A DNA stretch of 64,000 nt from NCBI GenBank assembly GCA_002269645.1, contig NIVC01002485.1, positions 105,108 to 169,107 on the forward strand, in the 5' to 3' direction. Shown one piece after another: positions 44,838-57,689 of this stretch; the first letter of the stretch is position 1, and each line of letters starts with the position of its first letter. Under the pieces are notes generated by a model. That model saw only the letters and a program-made list of their open reading frames with translations, was not told the origin of the DNA and ran no database searches. The translations under genes were made by a program, and so were the position numbers. This DNA is from Macrostomum lignano. Taxonomy: Eukaryota.

Positions 44838-45007
44838 CCGAACCCCGAATCCAACCCCACACAACAGCCCTCTCGCAGGAACTCTCGGCAAATCAGGAGC
44901 CCTTCCGGGGACCACTCAGCCATTTAGAAACCAGCTCCTGTTCCATAGCAATAACTAATCCGAACCCCAAATCCAACCCCCACACAGCAGCCCTTTCGCA
45001 GGAACTC
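44808..45007. repeat. 78-bp direct duplication (44808-44885 and 44930-45007)
   Basis: ACCAGCTCC..CCATAGCAATAAC.AATCCGAACCCC.AATCCAACCCC..CAGCCCT.TCGCAGGAACTC in both copies. Confidence 0.88.
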
Positions 45008-45313
45008 GGGCCTTAACAAAGTCTCAGCCATCAACGTAACAGGAGGTGGCGGGACCTTCTTGCGGCCCTCTGGCCGCCAAGAAGTAGCGTTCTAGGTCTA
45101 ACGACCTCACGCTGTACCCGCCACAGCAAGATACAGTACAACCAAAGCATGGAATGAGGGTTTTGCCTTGGCTAGCTTTAAAGGCGGTAAGTGAGACAGG
45201 TAATAAGACTTGGGTTTAGGAATTAGGAGGGGGGAATTGGTTTTGGTTAGGGTACAGGATAGAAGGACCTTGCTACATGGGATGGGGCAAGGCGTAGGAT
45301 AGGAGGGGGCCTT

Positions 45314-45742
45314 GGTATGGGATGCATGGGGTGCAGGACAGGAGGGGGTCTTGGTATGGGATGCACGGGGTGCAGGACAGGAGGGGTGTAGGACAGGAGG
45401 GGGTCTTGGTATGGGATGCATGGGGTGCAGGACAGGAGGGGGTCTTGGTATGGGATGCACGGGGTGCAGGACAGGAGGGGGTCTTGGTATGGGATGCACG
45501 GGGTGCAGGACAGGAGGGGTGTAGGACAGGAGGGGGCCTGGTTTGGGGTCGGGGGTGGGTGCGTGGGTTTGGGGTCGGGATTGGGTGCGTGGCGGTGGTG
45601 GGTTTGGGGTCGGGGTGGGTTTGGGGGTCGGGGTGGGTTTGGCGTCGGGGTGGGCGTCTTCGGGGCGCCCTCTCCCCTCATTGGCCGGGTGCCCCGGCCA
45701 ATCCGGTGCGATGGCGGTAGAGGGTACCACTTTCCTACTACT
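45314..45742 (-). repeat. Right terminal inverted repeat, about 430 bp
   Basis: Inverted copy of the left end; contains about 5 copies of a 39-bp unit present once on the left. Confidence 0.92.
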
Positions 45743-46100
45743 CACCTCTTCTCTCTCAGTATCTCACCTTGCCTCGTCTCTCTCAGTATCTCACCCTGTC
45801 TCTCTCTTAGTATCTCACCTTGCCTCGTCTCTCTCAGTATCTCACCCTGTCTCTCTCTTAGTATCTCACCTTGCCTCGTCTCTCTCAGTATCTCACCCTG
45901 TCTCTCTCTCTTAGTATCTCACCTTGCCTCTCTCTCAGTATCTCACCCTGTCTCTCTCTCAGTATCTCACCCTGTCTCTCTCAGAGTATCTCAACCTGTC
46001 TCTCTCAGTATCTCACATTGCCTCTCTCTCAGTATCTCAGCCTCTTTCAATATCTTACCGTGCATCTCTCAGTATCTCACCATGTCTCTCTCAGTATGTT
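45743..46100. repeat. Right part of the CTCTCTCAGTATCTCACCCTG minisatellite (Polinton target)
   Basis: Continues 34300-34580. Confidence 0.88.
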
Positions 46101-46949
46101 TTTGCGCCATTTCTCAACCTCTGCATATCCGCGTCTCTTCTATAGTCTCAACCAGTCTCTCAACCCCACTCTTGTGATCATCTTCAGATGGTTTAAGATG
46201 CTAGATAATTTTAATTAGGTTAACTTTAATAACCTAAATAAAGAAAGTTATAGTTGAAACATTCGCGGTTTCACCTGGCACAGGAACTGCCAACTGCAGA
46301 AGCCATTACACCTGAGTAGAACTCACTGCTCAGGTGTGAGTAAGCGAGTGACGAGTTGGGCGATCGAGTGCTAGCGACAGCCAAGTCTGAGAAGCGACAG
46401 ACTCGGTGAAAGTAACCTAGCTCCTATTTGCGATCTAGCTTTAAGCCAAGGCAGGCTGGGAGAGTTTCGGCCAAGGAAACTCAGGAAAATCAATCTCGCG
46501 GTTGAGCAGTCCTACTCCGCCTCCTCCTTCACTGCGATGTACCCCCCCCCCCGCGACGCCCTTGACAAGCCGGTCAGTTAACAAGCTGTGACAGGTGGCC
46601 GCTTGAGTCCTTGAAGCCGGACTGCTGGGGCTGGGCGGGCTGGATCTGTTTAAGCCTGCATGGCTTTTGCTGTCTCAACGGAGGCGCCGGGCGCGAGGCT
46701 TCCGGGAGTCGCCGTTAATCAAGTTAATCACCGGGCCTTGGCCGGTGCCTGGCCGATCTCACTATGCAAATTCTGGGCAGCTCTGCACTGGATTGAGAGG
46801 CCGGAGTAAATGGAGGGGAGTGGCGAGGGGGCTGGAGGTGACGAATTCTGGAGTGCTTGCGCATTCTGTAGGGGCTGAGCTAGTTTATCAGGCTGGCAGG
46901 CCAGCAATGATGTAAAAAGGCTGCTTGCCTATTGAGAGGTGAGCGCTGG

Positions 46950-47950
46950 GTCACACTGTTAGGTCAAGTCTGGGTCAATTTACTTCAAATCTAGGTCATC
47001 TGGGTCACCTGGGTCACAGCGCTTCAACTCTGGGTCACCTGAGAATATTGATTCTATTCTGGGTCATCTAGGTCAGCTATATCACAGTGCTTCAAATCTG
47101 GGTCATCTGGGTCACCTGGGTCACAGCGCTTCAACTCTGGGTCACCTGAGAATATTGCTTCAATTCTGGGTCATCTAGGTCAGCTATATCACAGTGCTTC
47201 AAATCTGGGTCACCTGGGTCACCTGGATCACAGCGCTTCAACTCTGGGTCACCTGTGAATATTGCTTCCATTCTGGGTCATCTAGGTCAGCTATATCACA
47301 GTGCTTCAAATCGGGGTCACCTGGGTCACCTGGATCACAGCGCTTCAACTCTGGGTCACCTGTGATTATTGCTTCCATTCTGGGTCATCTAGGTCAGCTA
47401 TATCACAGTGCTTCAAATCGGGGTCACCTGGGTCACCTGGATCACAGCGCTTCAACTCTGGGTCACCTGTGATTATTGCTTCCATTCTGGGTCATCTAGG
47501 TCAGCTATATCACAGTGCTTCAAATCTGGGTCACCTGGGTTACATTTCTTCAAACCTGGGTAACAGTGCTTCAAAATAATGGGTCATCTGGGTCACCTGG
47601 GTCACATTGCTTTCAAATCTGGGTCACCTGGGTCAAATTTATATTTCTTCAAATAAGGGTCACCTGGGTCATCTGGGTCACAGTGCTTCAAATCTGGGTC
47701 ATCTGGGTCATCTGGGTCACAGTGCTTCAAATCTGGGTCATCTGGGTCATCTGGGTCACAGTGCTTCAAATCTGGGTCATCTGGGTCATCTGGGTCACAG
47801 TGCTTCAAATCTGGGTCATCTGGATCATCTGGGTCACAGTGCTTCAAATCTGGGTCACAGAACTTTTAACTATGGGTCGCACTGCAAGTTCAAGTCTGAG
47901 TACATATGGGTCACAGTAATTTAAAAGTGGGTCACGCTGTTTTCATTCTG
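46950..47950. repeat. Compound repeat built from 9-bp CTGGGTCA(T/C) subunits, with about 107-bp and 39-bp higher-order units
   Basis: Near-identical ORFs offset by 107 bp; later 39-bp period. Confidence 0.9.
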
Positions 47951-48499
47951 GGTCATAGTGCTTGAAAGTGGTTCTCAGTAAAATGCATATCAGCAGATAG
48001 TAAGGCCTGTTTGCTGCTGGCAGGGCAAGCACACAGTAATTTAAGAACCCGACAGACAGGAGAAGAAGCGGGCAGGCAGGCAGATAAATAATCTTCTGCA
48101 AGCACACCTGTTTTTGTGTGAGAACCCCCATCCCACTCAGGCTCTCGGAAAAGGCGCAGTTTTCTTGTGGGAGCACAATTAGGGTATCGCATTCCGCCCC
48201 CTCTCTCTCTGCCCCGCATGGAACTTCCCGATCTTCGGGCCAGTAAGTGGAAGAGAGAGAGGGTAATTGGATAAAAATTAAGGAAATTGGGGAGAGAGAG
48301 AAAGAGGACATGGGAACCGCCTCATCCCTGAGGCAAGAGGATGGCGGAGAGGACCTCAGCCTCTCTGAGCAGACTGGAAACGGTTCTGCACCCCTCTGGT
48401 GCTCTCTGCACACTTTTGTGCTGAACGCTGAGCACTTTGTTGGCTGCTCACTGATTGTGTGCCTGATTATTCAGCCGGCTGCTCAATGTCGAAACTTTT

Positions 48500-48950
48500 C
48501 TAATCCCCATCCTGATAGATCGGGGAATTCTAATCCTAATCCAAATATCCCGGGGAGTTCTAATCCTAATCTAGATAGTCTGGGGAATTCTAATCCTAAT
48601 TCAAATATCCCGGGGAGTTCTAATCCTAATCTAGATAGTCTGGGGAATTCTAATCCTAATCCAAATATCCCGGGGAGTTCCAATCCTAATCCAGATAGCC
48701 CGAGGAATTCTAATCCTAATCCAGATAGCCCGGGGAGTTCTAATCCTAATTCAAATAAGCCTGGGAAATTCTAATCCTAATCCAAATATCCCGGGGAGTT
48801 CTAATCCTAATCCAGATAGCCCGGGGAGTTCTAATCCTAATCCAGATAGCCCGGGGAGTTCTAATCCTAATCCATATAGCCTGGAAAATTCTAATCCTAA
48901 TCCAGATAGCCCGGGGAATTCTAATCCCTACCTTGATAGCACCTGGGGAG
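48500..48950. repeat. Minisatellite, 30-bp unit CTAATCCTAATCCAGATAGCCCGGGGAGTT
   Basis: Tandem units. Confidence 0.9.
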
Positions 48951-49409
48951 TTATAATCTTATCTAATCTCGCACAGCGCTTCAAACCCAAAAGAGTCTAT
49001 AACTGCTACAAGTAGCTGCTCAAAGAAAATTACACTCAGAATTTTAAACAAATATTCTGTGATGTCTGCCGACGCAATTGCAGTTTTCATTGTGAAGTTG
49101 CACAGCTTACAACAGAATTAATTGTCTTGCCTGAGGGTGGATTGATTCTGAGCTGCAACAGGCTGAGAGCAGTGCCAGCCATTTTTAATTAAATTCTGCC
49201 CAAGGATAAAAGGCTGTTAGAGAAACAGGTTATTTTCAAAATTTGTATAATGTAAAAAATATTTTCCTTAATGATCAGATTTTTTAACTTCGATATTGTA
49301 GGACTTGATGCTTCAAATTATCTGCGATTAGCAAAAACCTTCGCTGCAAGTTGAAAAGCTAATTGGAATAGAAAAAAATTTGAATCAAACTGGAGACATT
49401 CTAAGAATC

Positions 49410-50070
49410 CTAAATTTTAGCTAACTGATTATAAGAATCCTAATCTTAGATTACTGATTATAAGAATCCTAATTTTAGCTTACTGTTTCTAAGAATCCTA
49501 ATCTTAGCGCACTGTTTCTAAGAATCCTAAATTTTAGCTCACTGATTATATGAATCCTAATTTTAGCTTACTGTTTCTAAGAATCCTAATCTCAGCGCAC
49601 TGTTTCTAAGAATCCTAATCTCAGCGCACTGTTTCTAAGAATCCTAATATTTAGCTCACTGATTATAAGAATCCTAATTTTAGCTCACTGATTCTAAGAA
49701 TCCTAATCTTAGCTTACTGTTTCTAAGAATCGTAACTCTCTGTTTCTAAGAATATGAATCTTAGCTCATTGTTTCTAAGAATCCCAATCTTAGCTCATGA
49801 TTCTAAGAATTCCAATCCGGACCCACTAACCCAAGGAATCCAAATCCTGACCCAGTGACCCAAAGAACCCTGATCTTGACCCACTGATTCTAAGAACCCT
49901 AATCGTGACCCACTGACCTTCAGAATTCTAATCTTGACCCACTGACCCGCGGAATTCTAATCTTGACTCATTGACCCTCGGAATTCTAATCTTGACCTAC
50001 TGACCCCAAGAAGTTTACATCTAACCCATTGACCCCGTTAGAGCTCTAGTGTTGACCCACTGACAATACT
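49410..50070. repeat. Degenerate ~30-bp tandem repeats (TAAGAATCCTAAT..., then GACCCACTGACC...)
   Basis: Periodic motifs that drift along the array. Confidence 0.75.
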
Positions 50071-50614
50071 TTAGCAGTAGCTTTAATCTTTTTCAGTACC
50101 CACTCAAAGACGTGTTGCACAAATCTCTTCAGTGTATGCTATCCCTGTTACGTTAAACTTTGCTTTGAAAAAGCAGAATGACTTAAATGCCCCCGTTGCC
50201 GTCTCCCTGCTGCTGGCAGTTGGAAATCGCAAAACCGTATTTTTATTCTCTCTCCTCATTCTCTCACCTGGGCCGGCCGTGACTGCGCACAGCAATAAAC
50301 TCCCAGAGTTTGCCAGCTTTCATTGCCAGAGCCCGGAACTGGCGCCCACAGGCTAAACTGCATCCACCCCCCCACAACTAAATGCGGTATTTTGAAAAGC
50401 CCGAAAACAGCCATCGATCCTCGAGGAATTCGCCGGCTTACCGCCGCCGCTGCTGCAACAGCCCTGCATGATTCTCTCCCCTGTCTTTATTCACTGATAT
50501 CTGCAAGCGACCGAGGCTTGTTTCAAACTGTTAGCCTAGAATGGCTTTCATTTATGAGCTCTTTTATCAACACTCTGCTAATTCGCTATTTATGGACTTC
50601 ATTTGTATGTGAAC

Positions 50615-50965
50615 TCCTGTCTTTCACTCTCTCAGTCTTTCACTCTCTCAGTCTTTCACTCTCTCAGTCTTTCACTCTCCCAGCCTTTCACTCTCTCAGT
50701 CTTTCACTCTCCCAGACTTTCACTCTCCCAGTCTTTCACTCTCCCAGTCTTTCACTCTCCCAGTCTTTCACTCTCCCAGTCTTTCACTCTCTCAGTCTTT
50801 CACTCTCTCAGTCTTTCACTCTCCCAGTCTTTCACTCTCCCAGTCTTTCACTCTCCCAGTCTTTCACTCTCTCAATCTTTCACTCTCCCAGCCTTTCACT
50901 CTCCCAGCCTTTCACTCTCTCAGTCTTTCACTCTCACAGTCTTTCACTCTCCCAGTCTTTCACTC
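50615..50965. repeat. Minisatellite, 16-bp unit CTTTCACTCTCCCAGT
   Basis: Tandem units. Confidence 0.93.
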
Positions 50966-51804
50966 CTCTTCACATTAATACCCAAGCTGTAAGTCTAGTG
51001 GAAGCCATTTCATCATTTATTAGTTTATTAACTCAATAAAAATGTTTTGTTATGTCAAAGTCACACTGAAACCGCTGCCCGCAGTCATTCCATCAAGTTT
51101 TTACAACGCGAAATCATTAATTCTACTTTGTGTATTTCCAACTGCAGACTGCTTAAAAAGCTCTGACAGAGCTGTCTAAATATGATGAGTCATCATTCAT
51201 TTTTGCCTGCACCATAACCATTTTTCCCCGCCAAGAGTCAGCAATTCCGTTACTTCCGTGGTTATTTTGTCGCTGAAAAAAACATGAACTCTGAAAAAAA
51301 CTTGTTTTTACTAAAACTATTTGATAGAGGCTGGGGTTGGGATGCTTTTGAAATGGCCTCATCACCCATGCTGCAGCGTTGGCAACTAGCTTATTCGATG
51401 GTGGACCGAGCGGACCCGATCTTGTACTAAGTGGTGTCGGGAGGGGTGCGGCGAAAGCAAGAACTCTTTTTTCCAGGAAACACTGGCAAAAAGCGGAGAA
51501 CAACGCTGAATAACAAAGCAGCTTAGCTTTTGCGCGAATTCCCTTCCTTATCAAGCATCGTAAATTATTCAATCCTTATTAAAACTTCAAAAACAAAGTT
51601 TTATGTTGAAAAGGATCTTTCTAATTAGAAATCTATTAAGAAGTATGGTTTAAGTTTTGGAAAACTTTGAAGTTTTGAAATGAAGCAGAGATTTTTAAAA
51701 TCAGTTTGCTGCAAACGAGACTTGTGTGAGACGCCGTTGTCAAAAGCGCACCTGTTGTACCGGTATTTCGGGGCAAAACTATCATAATCACAAAAGCGCG
51801 CACA

Positions 51805-51915
51805 ATCGTAAGCGCACACTGTCATAAGCGCGCACTATCATAAGCGCGCACTATCATAAGCGCGCACAATCGTAAGCGCGCACTATCGTAAGCGCGCACT
51901 ATCATAAGCGCGCAA
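51805..51915. repeat. Short array, 16-bp unit ATAAGCGCGCACTATC
   Basis: About 6 copies. Confidence 0.85.
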
Positions 51916-52039
51916 CCCAGCCCACTGTAATGGTGCCAGTGGTGTCAACGATGCCAATCAAGCACTGATTGCCTTCATCTTTCATCTTTTGGTAGCCAGC
52001 GCTACAAGTCTCTGGCAGCCTTGGGGGTTAGGGTTACTT

Positions 52040-52500
52040 ATGAGTCATAGCGCCCACTGATGAGTCATAGCGCACACTGATGAGTCAAAGCGCACGATGA
52101 TGAGTCATAGCGCACAATGATGAGTCATAGCGCACACTGATGAGTCATAGCGCACATTCATGAGTCATAGCGCACATTGATGAGTCATAGCGCACACTGA
52201 TGAGTAATAGCGCACATTGATGAGTCATAGCGCACACTGATGAGTCATAGCACCCACTGATGAGTAATATAGCGCACACTGATGATTCATAGCGCACACT
52301 GATGAGTCATAGCGCACACTGATGAGTCATAGCGCACACTGATGAGTCATAGCGCACACTGATGAGTCATAGCGCACACTGATGAGTCATAGCGCACATT
52401 GATGAGCCATAGCGCACACTGATGAGTCATAGCGCACATTGATGAGCCATAGCGCACACTGATGAGTCATAGCGCACACTGATGAGTCATAGCGCACACT
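52040..52500. repeat. Minisatellite, 20-bp unit GATGAGTCATAGCGCACACT (contains ATGAGTCAT)
   Basis: About 23 units, about 17 with exact ATGAGTCAT. Confidence 0.95.
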
Positions 52501-53039
52501 GATAAAAGCAACACAAAGCCAAGCCTCTCACCAACAGCCAGCAGCAGAAGCAGCGGCGGCGGCAGCGGTGGCGGCATCGGCGGCGTCGGCAGCGGCGGCA
52601 GCGGAAGCCGTCGATTTTGCTGACTTGGCTGCATGGCTAGGTTTGCAGAAGACAAGCCTGATAAACAATAGGTCTTTGAAGTCAAAGAGGAGCACACAGA
52701 GAGTGGAAGCTGGCAGCCAGCTAGGCCTGAAATGTCGGCACGGGTTGTTGGGATTCGGGTCATGACTGATTCACGGTGCCGCACAGACAGCGGCTGGGTA
52801 TGGATTCAACCGCCAGCTGGGGGGGGGGGCTCCGGTGGACAAAGACGTTTGCACTGCGGGAAGATGGGACCTCGTGATCCAGCAGGCCCGGCATCGGAAT
52901 CTGGGGCTTTTGAAGGGCGGCACACGCAAAATGACGATAAGCTTTGCATTCCTTTCTGAACTGCGATGACTGCTTCCGGAAATAGTAATGGAAAATGATG
53001 AATGAGCTTCTGTTGATTGTGCTGTGGGTGATAATTGAG

Positions 53040-53065
53040 ACTGGTGACGATGGTAACGATGATGG

Positions 53066-53162
<97 letters not shown>

Positions 53163-53170
53163 GACGATGG

Positions 53171-53258
<88 letters not shown>

Positions 53259-53780
53259 GATTATAGTGATGATGATGATGCTGATGATGGTGATGATGGC
53301 GATGCCAGTGATGGTGATGCCGGTGATGATAATGGCGATGCCGGTGATGATAATGGCAATGCCGGTGATGATGATGCCGGTGATGATACTGGTGATGCCG
53401 GTGGTGATGCCGGTGATGATAATGGTGATGCCGGTGATGATAATGGCGATGCCGGTGATGATGATTCCGGTGATGATACTGGTGATGCCGGTGGTGATGC
53501 CGGTGATGATAATGGTGATGCCGGTGATGATAATGGCAATGCCGGTGATGATGATGCCGGTGATGATACTGGTGATGCCGGTGGTGATGCTGGTGATGAT
53601 AATGGTGATGCCGGTGTTGATAATAGTGATGCCGGTGATGATAATGGTGATGCCGGTGTTGATAATAGTGATGCCGGTGATGATAATGGTGATGCGGGTG
53701 ATGATAATAGTGATGCTGGTGATGATAATAGTGATGCCGGTGATGATAATAGTGATGCTGGTGATGATAATGCCGCTGAT
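53040..53780. repeat. (GAT)n microsatellite grading into 18-bp GCCGGTGATGATAATGGT units
   Basis: Pure triplets at 53070-53255, derived units after. Confidence 0.93.
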
Positions 53781-54619
53781 TATAATGAAGACAGTAAATG
53801 CGACACGATCATGGAGAATAATGATATTAACCGTATCAACGCAGCTGCAATCATCAAGACATAATTTGCGTAGAACTGACAAGCGCAGCCATCGTGAATG
53901 ACAGGCAGGACAGTAGTGGGCCTACAAAAGGTGGGAGGCCATAAAGAGAAGGGCCCAATTCACGCTGGGGGGTCTGAGCTGAGGGATAAACAAAGCAGAG
54001 CCGCCGTCTGCTTCCCGACGCCAGCACCCCGAGCTCCCGAAAAGCTCCCTCCCCTCTTCAAGCCCAGTAGAGGGGCTAAAGTGCAGCCTGCTATTCTGTC
54101 ATTCCTGCCGCTCCGTGTTTTGACCGGAAGGACAGAGAGACGGGAGAGAGAGACGCGGAGGGTCCTAGGTTCGCTTCAACCCCCCCCCCAAGCGGCGAGG
54201 TTGTTTATGCTGCTGCAGCACTACAATGTGCCCCCTTAGAGCGGTAAATACTTGTCAAGAGCTTACAATTCGAAGGAGGACAGCCCGCCCCGCCCACACG
54301 CACATCTCCGCATTTCGCGAGCTCCAGTTTCCATTGCGCCCCCCCCCAGCCTCCTATATCCTACCTTTCACGCCGAATATCCCATTTCCAGGTGTCGAAG
54401 AGGCAGACAATAACTGAGCGAGGATTAGCCGCGATGGGGGATGCTCTATTTCTGATAAATTGCATTTTGAATCGATTATCAGGGATTTTCGTGTCGGTAG
54501 GAATTTGATACATTGGCAGCTGGGACTTGAGTTAATCTGATTGGGGATGCATTGAGCTGTTGATTTGAGCTGCGCTTGCTGGGATTAAGAATTTCGACAC
54601 CGACGATTAACGATGAAAT

Positions 54620-54921
54620 CATGGTGATGATACCGATGATGATGCTGATGATGAAGACAATGATGGTGATGATGATGGTGATGATGCCGATGATGATGCC
54701 GATGATGATGCCGATGATGATGCCGATGATGATGGTGATGATGATGAAGATGAAGATGATGATGATGCTGATGATGATGCTGATGATGATGCTGATGATG
54801 ATGGTAATGATGATGTTGATGATGATGATGATGATGATAATGATGATGATGATGATGATGATGATGATAATGATGATGATGATGAAAGTGATGATGATGG
54901 TGGTGATAGTGATGATGATGC

Positions 54922-54959
<38 letters not shown>

Positions 54960-55142
54960 CTGATGATGATGCTGATGATGATGCTGATGATGATGCTGAT
55001 GATGATGGTAATGATGATGTTGATGATGAAGATGAAGATGATGATGATGCTGATGATGATGCTGATGATGATGCTGATGATGATGCTGATGATGATGCTG
55101 ATGATGATGGTAATGATGATGTTGATGATGATGATGATGATA

Positions 55143-55174
<32 letters not shown>

Positions 55175-55227
55175 AATGATGATGATGATGAAAGTGATGA
55201 TGATGGTGGTGATAGTGATGATGATGC

Positions 55228-55273
<46 letters not shown>

Positions 55274-55365
55274 AGTGATGATGATGGTGGTGATAGTGAT
55301 GATGATGATGATGATAGTGATGATGATAGTGATGATGATGATGGTGATGATGGTGATGATAACGA
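54620..55365. repeat. Imperfect (GAT)n microsatellite with internal duplications
   Basis: Triplet runs with GCT/GGT/AAT interruptions. Confidence 0.92.
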
Positions 55366-55964
55366 TAGCGGCTGGCTCTAATGCTAATGCAATATATTGG
55401 CTCGTATTAACTCATATTCAGTGCAAAGCTTTTAAAAAGCTAGACACAGACCGCAGTTACACTAGTTATAAACAAACCAGGTTTCCAGGCGCACTAACCA
55501 CCCAGTCAGTTGGATTCGAACCCCCAAACCCCTTGAGGCGCTCGGGTAGGTCATCCATTAATTCTCGGCAACAACCGAGCGATGTGACTCGAGATAAAAT
55601 GTCATCTCGGACAAAGGCTTGGAGAGCCACAGTTGTTGAGCTCGCAGAACGGAAGCATTCGCTGTCGAGCGCTAATGAGATGCCTCTCGGCAATGAGGGA
55701 ATCCCCAGACTCCTTGATGCGGTGATGAAATTTGCTTTCACCTGCTTTTTATAGGGGACTTGAGGCGGCCCCTGGCTTTGGCGGAATCTCAACCTACTAC
55801 GAGCGCACGAGCCAGGATTCTTGTCTGTCAGCAGTTTCTGCTCGGAAGTATGAGCTGTCAATTAAAGTCGTATTTGAGAAAGTTTTGAGTAAACAGCATT
55901 GAAAACAGCTTGGAGTATAAGGAGATGTTATAGCAAAACTTAGTCTTTAATGAGCCTTTTCACT

Positions 55965-56029
55965 TGGTGATGATGATGATTTAGGTCATGATGGTGATGG
56001 TGATAGTTGAGATGGGTGACGATGGTAAC

Positions 56030-56086
<57 letters not shown>

Positions 56087-56310
56087 AATGATGGTGATGG
56101 TGATGATGATGATGATGGTGATGGTGATGATGATGGTGATGGTGATGGTGATGATGATGATGATGGTGATAGTGATGATGATCATGATGGTGATGATTAC
56201 GATGATGTTGATCATAATGATGATGATGATGATGATGATGATGGGTGATGGTGATAATGATGAAGATAGTGATGGTGATGATGATGATGATTATGATGAT
56301 GATGATGACC
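55965..56310. repeat. Imperfect (GAT)n microsatellite
   Basis: Triplet runs. Confidence 0.92.
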
Positions 56311-57689
56311 GCTCGGAACATTGACATTGACACCTCAAAAGATTTCAAATTCTGTTGGAGAAACAAATTTCAGCCAGCTGTTTTTGATTGCCCGAAGAAG
56401 CAGATTGCATGATGAAGACTTATGAGTCGAAGCTGGAAAAAGCTCAGCTGCATTATTAACCTGGCTTCCAAATCGTGTTATTTTAATTCTATTAAATGCA
56501 AAGAAAGCCGCATTCGAACATGTAAAAGTGTAGTAAAGCGACAAATCAATTTCGCTCGAAGAACTTCGCTCGAAGTGGATGCTGGGACGGACGTGGGTTT
56601 GGGTGGAAGCCTTTCATCCTCCATCACTCCTGTCGTGTTTTCATGGCCGGCAACCCTGATCGAGTTGAAGCGAGCGGGCGCGGCTGCTGCCCCTTCATGA
56701 TGTGTGCATAGCGAGAGTCAACTCTGGGTCAATATGGAAGACGATGGGGGGAGGGAAGAAAGCGAGAGATGAAGAAGGGGAGAAAAGGACTTGAGGCGGA
56801 GGATGAGACCAGAAGCATGTTTGGGGGAGGGGAAAGTTTTGAGGCTGCTCGCTCAGTGGCGGCTTGGGAGAGGGGGAGCGCAGGAGAACCCCCAAAAAAT
56901 CCCCTCAACGATTTATGGCGGCACCGGACACGATTATGACATGTTAATGAAGTTGGCCGCACTCCCGCGGTCCGTCTAAGTCCCCCCCGGATCCTCTGCT
57001 ATCCCCAGCCCAGGCTATATAGTGCTCAAGGCTGAAGCTAAACTGGGGCCAGCTCAGGGGAGCCCTCCACTTCATTACCAGCTCCAATGGGACTTTGGGG
57101 GTGCAGGGAGCTGAGCGCAGTGCACCAGCCTTACCCCCCGGCCTGCTGTCTGTCTGTCTGGTTGCCAACCGCCCCCCCTGTGTTTTCATCTGAAGAAAAT
57201 ATCTGCAGGATTTCTGCGCTACAATATCCTTGCCAGATATTTCTTGCATGTTTGCATAGCCAGGCAGGCTGGGCTATAAGTATCGAGTTGGGCCAAGCCA
57301 CAAACAGACGGGACGTGAAGTCTGAATACAATGATTTCACTGTACAGGACAGATTTGTGCCTTTGGCGTGTACAAGCTCAGGTAGCAGCATAAGAAATGA
57401 GCTGTCTGGGCCCTGTCAGATTGCTAATTTATTAGATTATACAGCTGTGGCTAGGATGGGAACTACATTGACAGATATTGGAGTACAGCGGGTGCTTGAT
57501 CTGTTTATCTCATAAAATTACGTTTTTATCTATCTCTGATATGTATCGAAAATAATTTTACACATTACATTGAAAATCGCAGCAAACTCTGACTCTTTTT
57601 CGATTTTTCAGTTTAGTTAGGGCACTTAGACTTGTCCCTTTGGCATACTGGGAGCTTGCTGCTGTCACTTGCAGCGGAGAGGAGATATA

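Larger units (their letters stand above)
34581..45742 (+). mobile_element. Polinton/Maverick (adintovirus-like) endogenous virus, 11,162 bp, polymerase-deleted
   Basis: Starts AGTAGTAGGAAAGTGGTACCCTCT and ends AGAGGGTACCACTTTCCTACTACT. 6-bp TSD CACCTC at 34575-34580 and 45743-45748. Encodes integrase, penton, major capsid, protease, packaging ATPase and pPolB remnants. Confidence 0.97.

Noticed and set aside
52024-52036. GGGTTAGGGTTA telomere-like seed
   Set aside because: Only two units; expected by chance.
55500-55530. B-box-like GGTTCGAATCC on the minus strand
   Set aside because: No convincing A box or SINE body.
52806-56366. Poly-Asp, poly-Met, poly-Ile and poly-His ORFs
   Set aside because: Frames of (GAT)n microsatellites.
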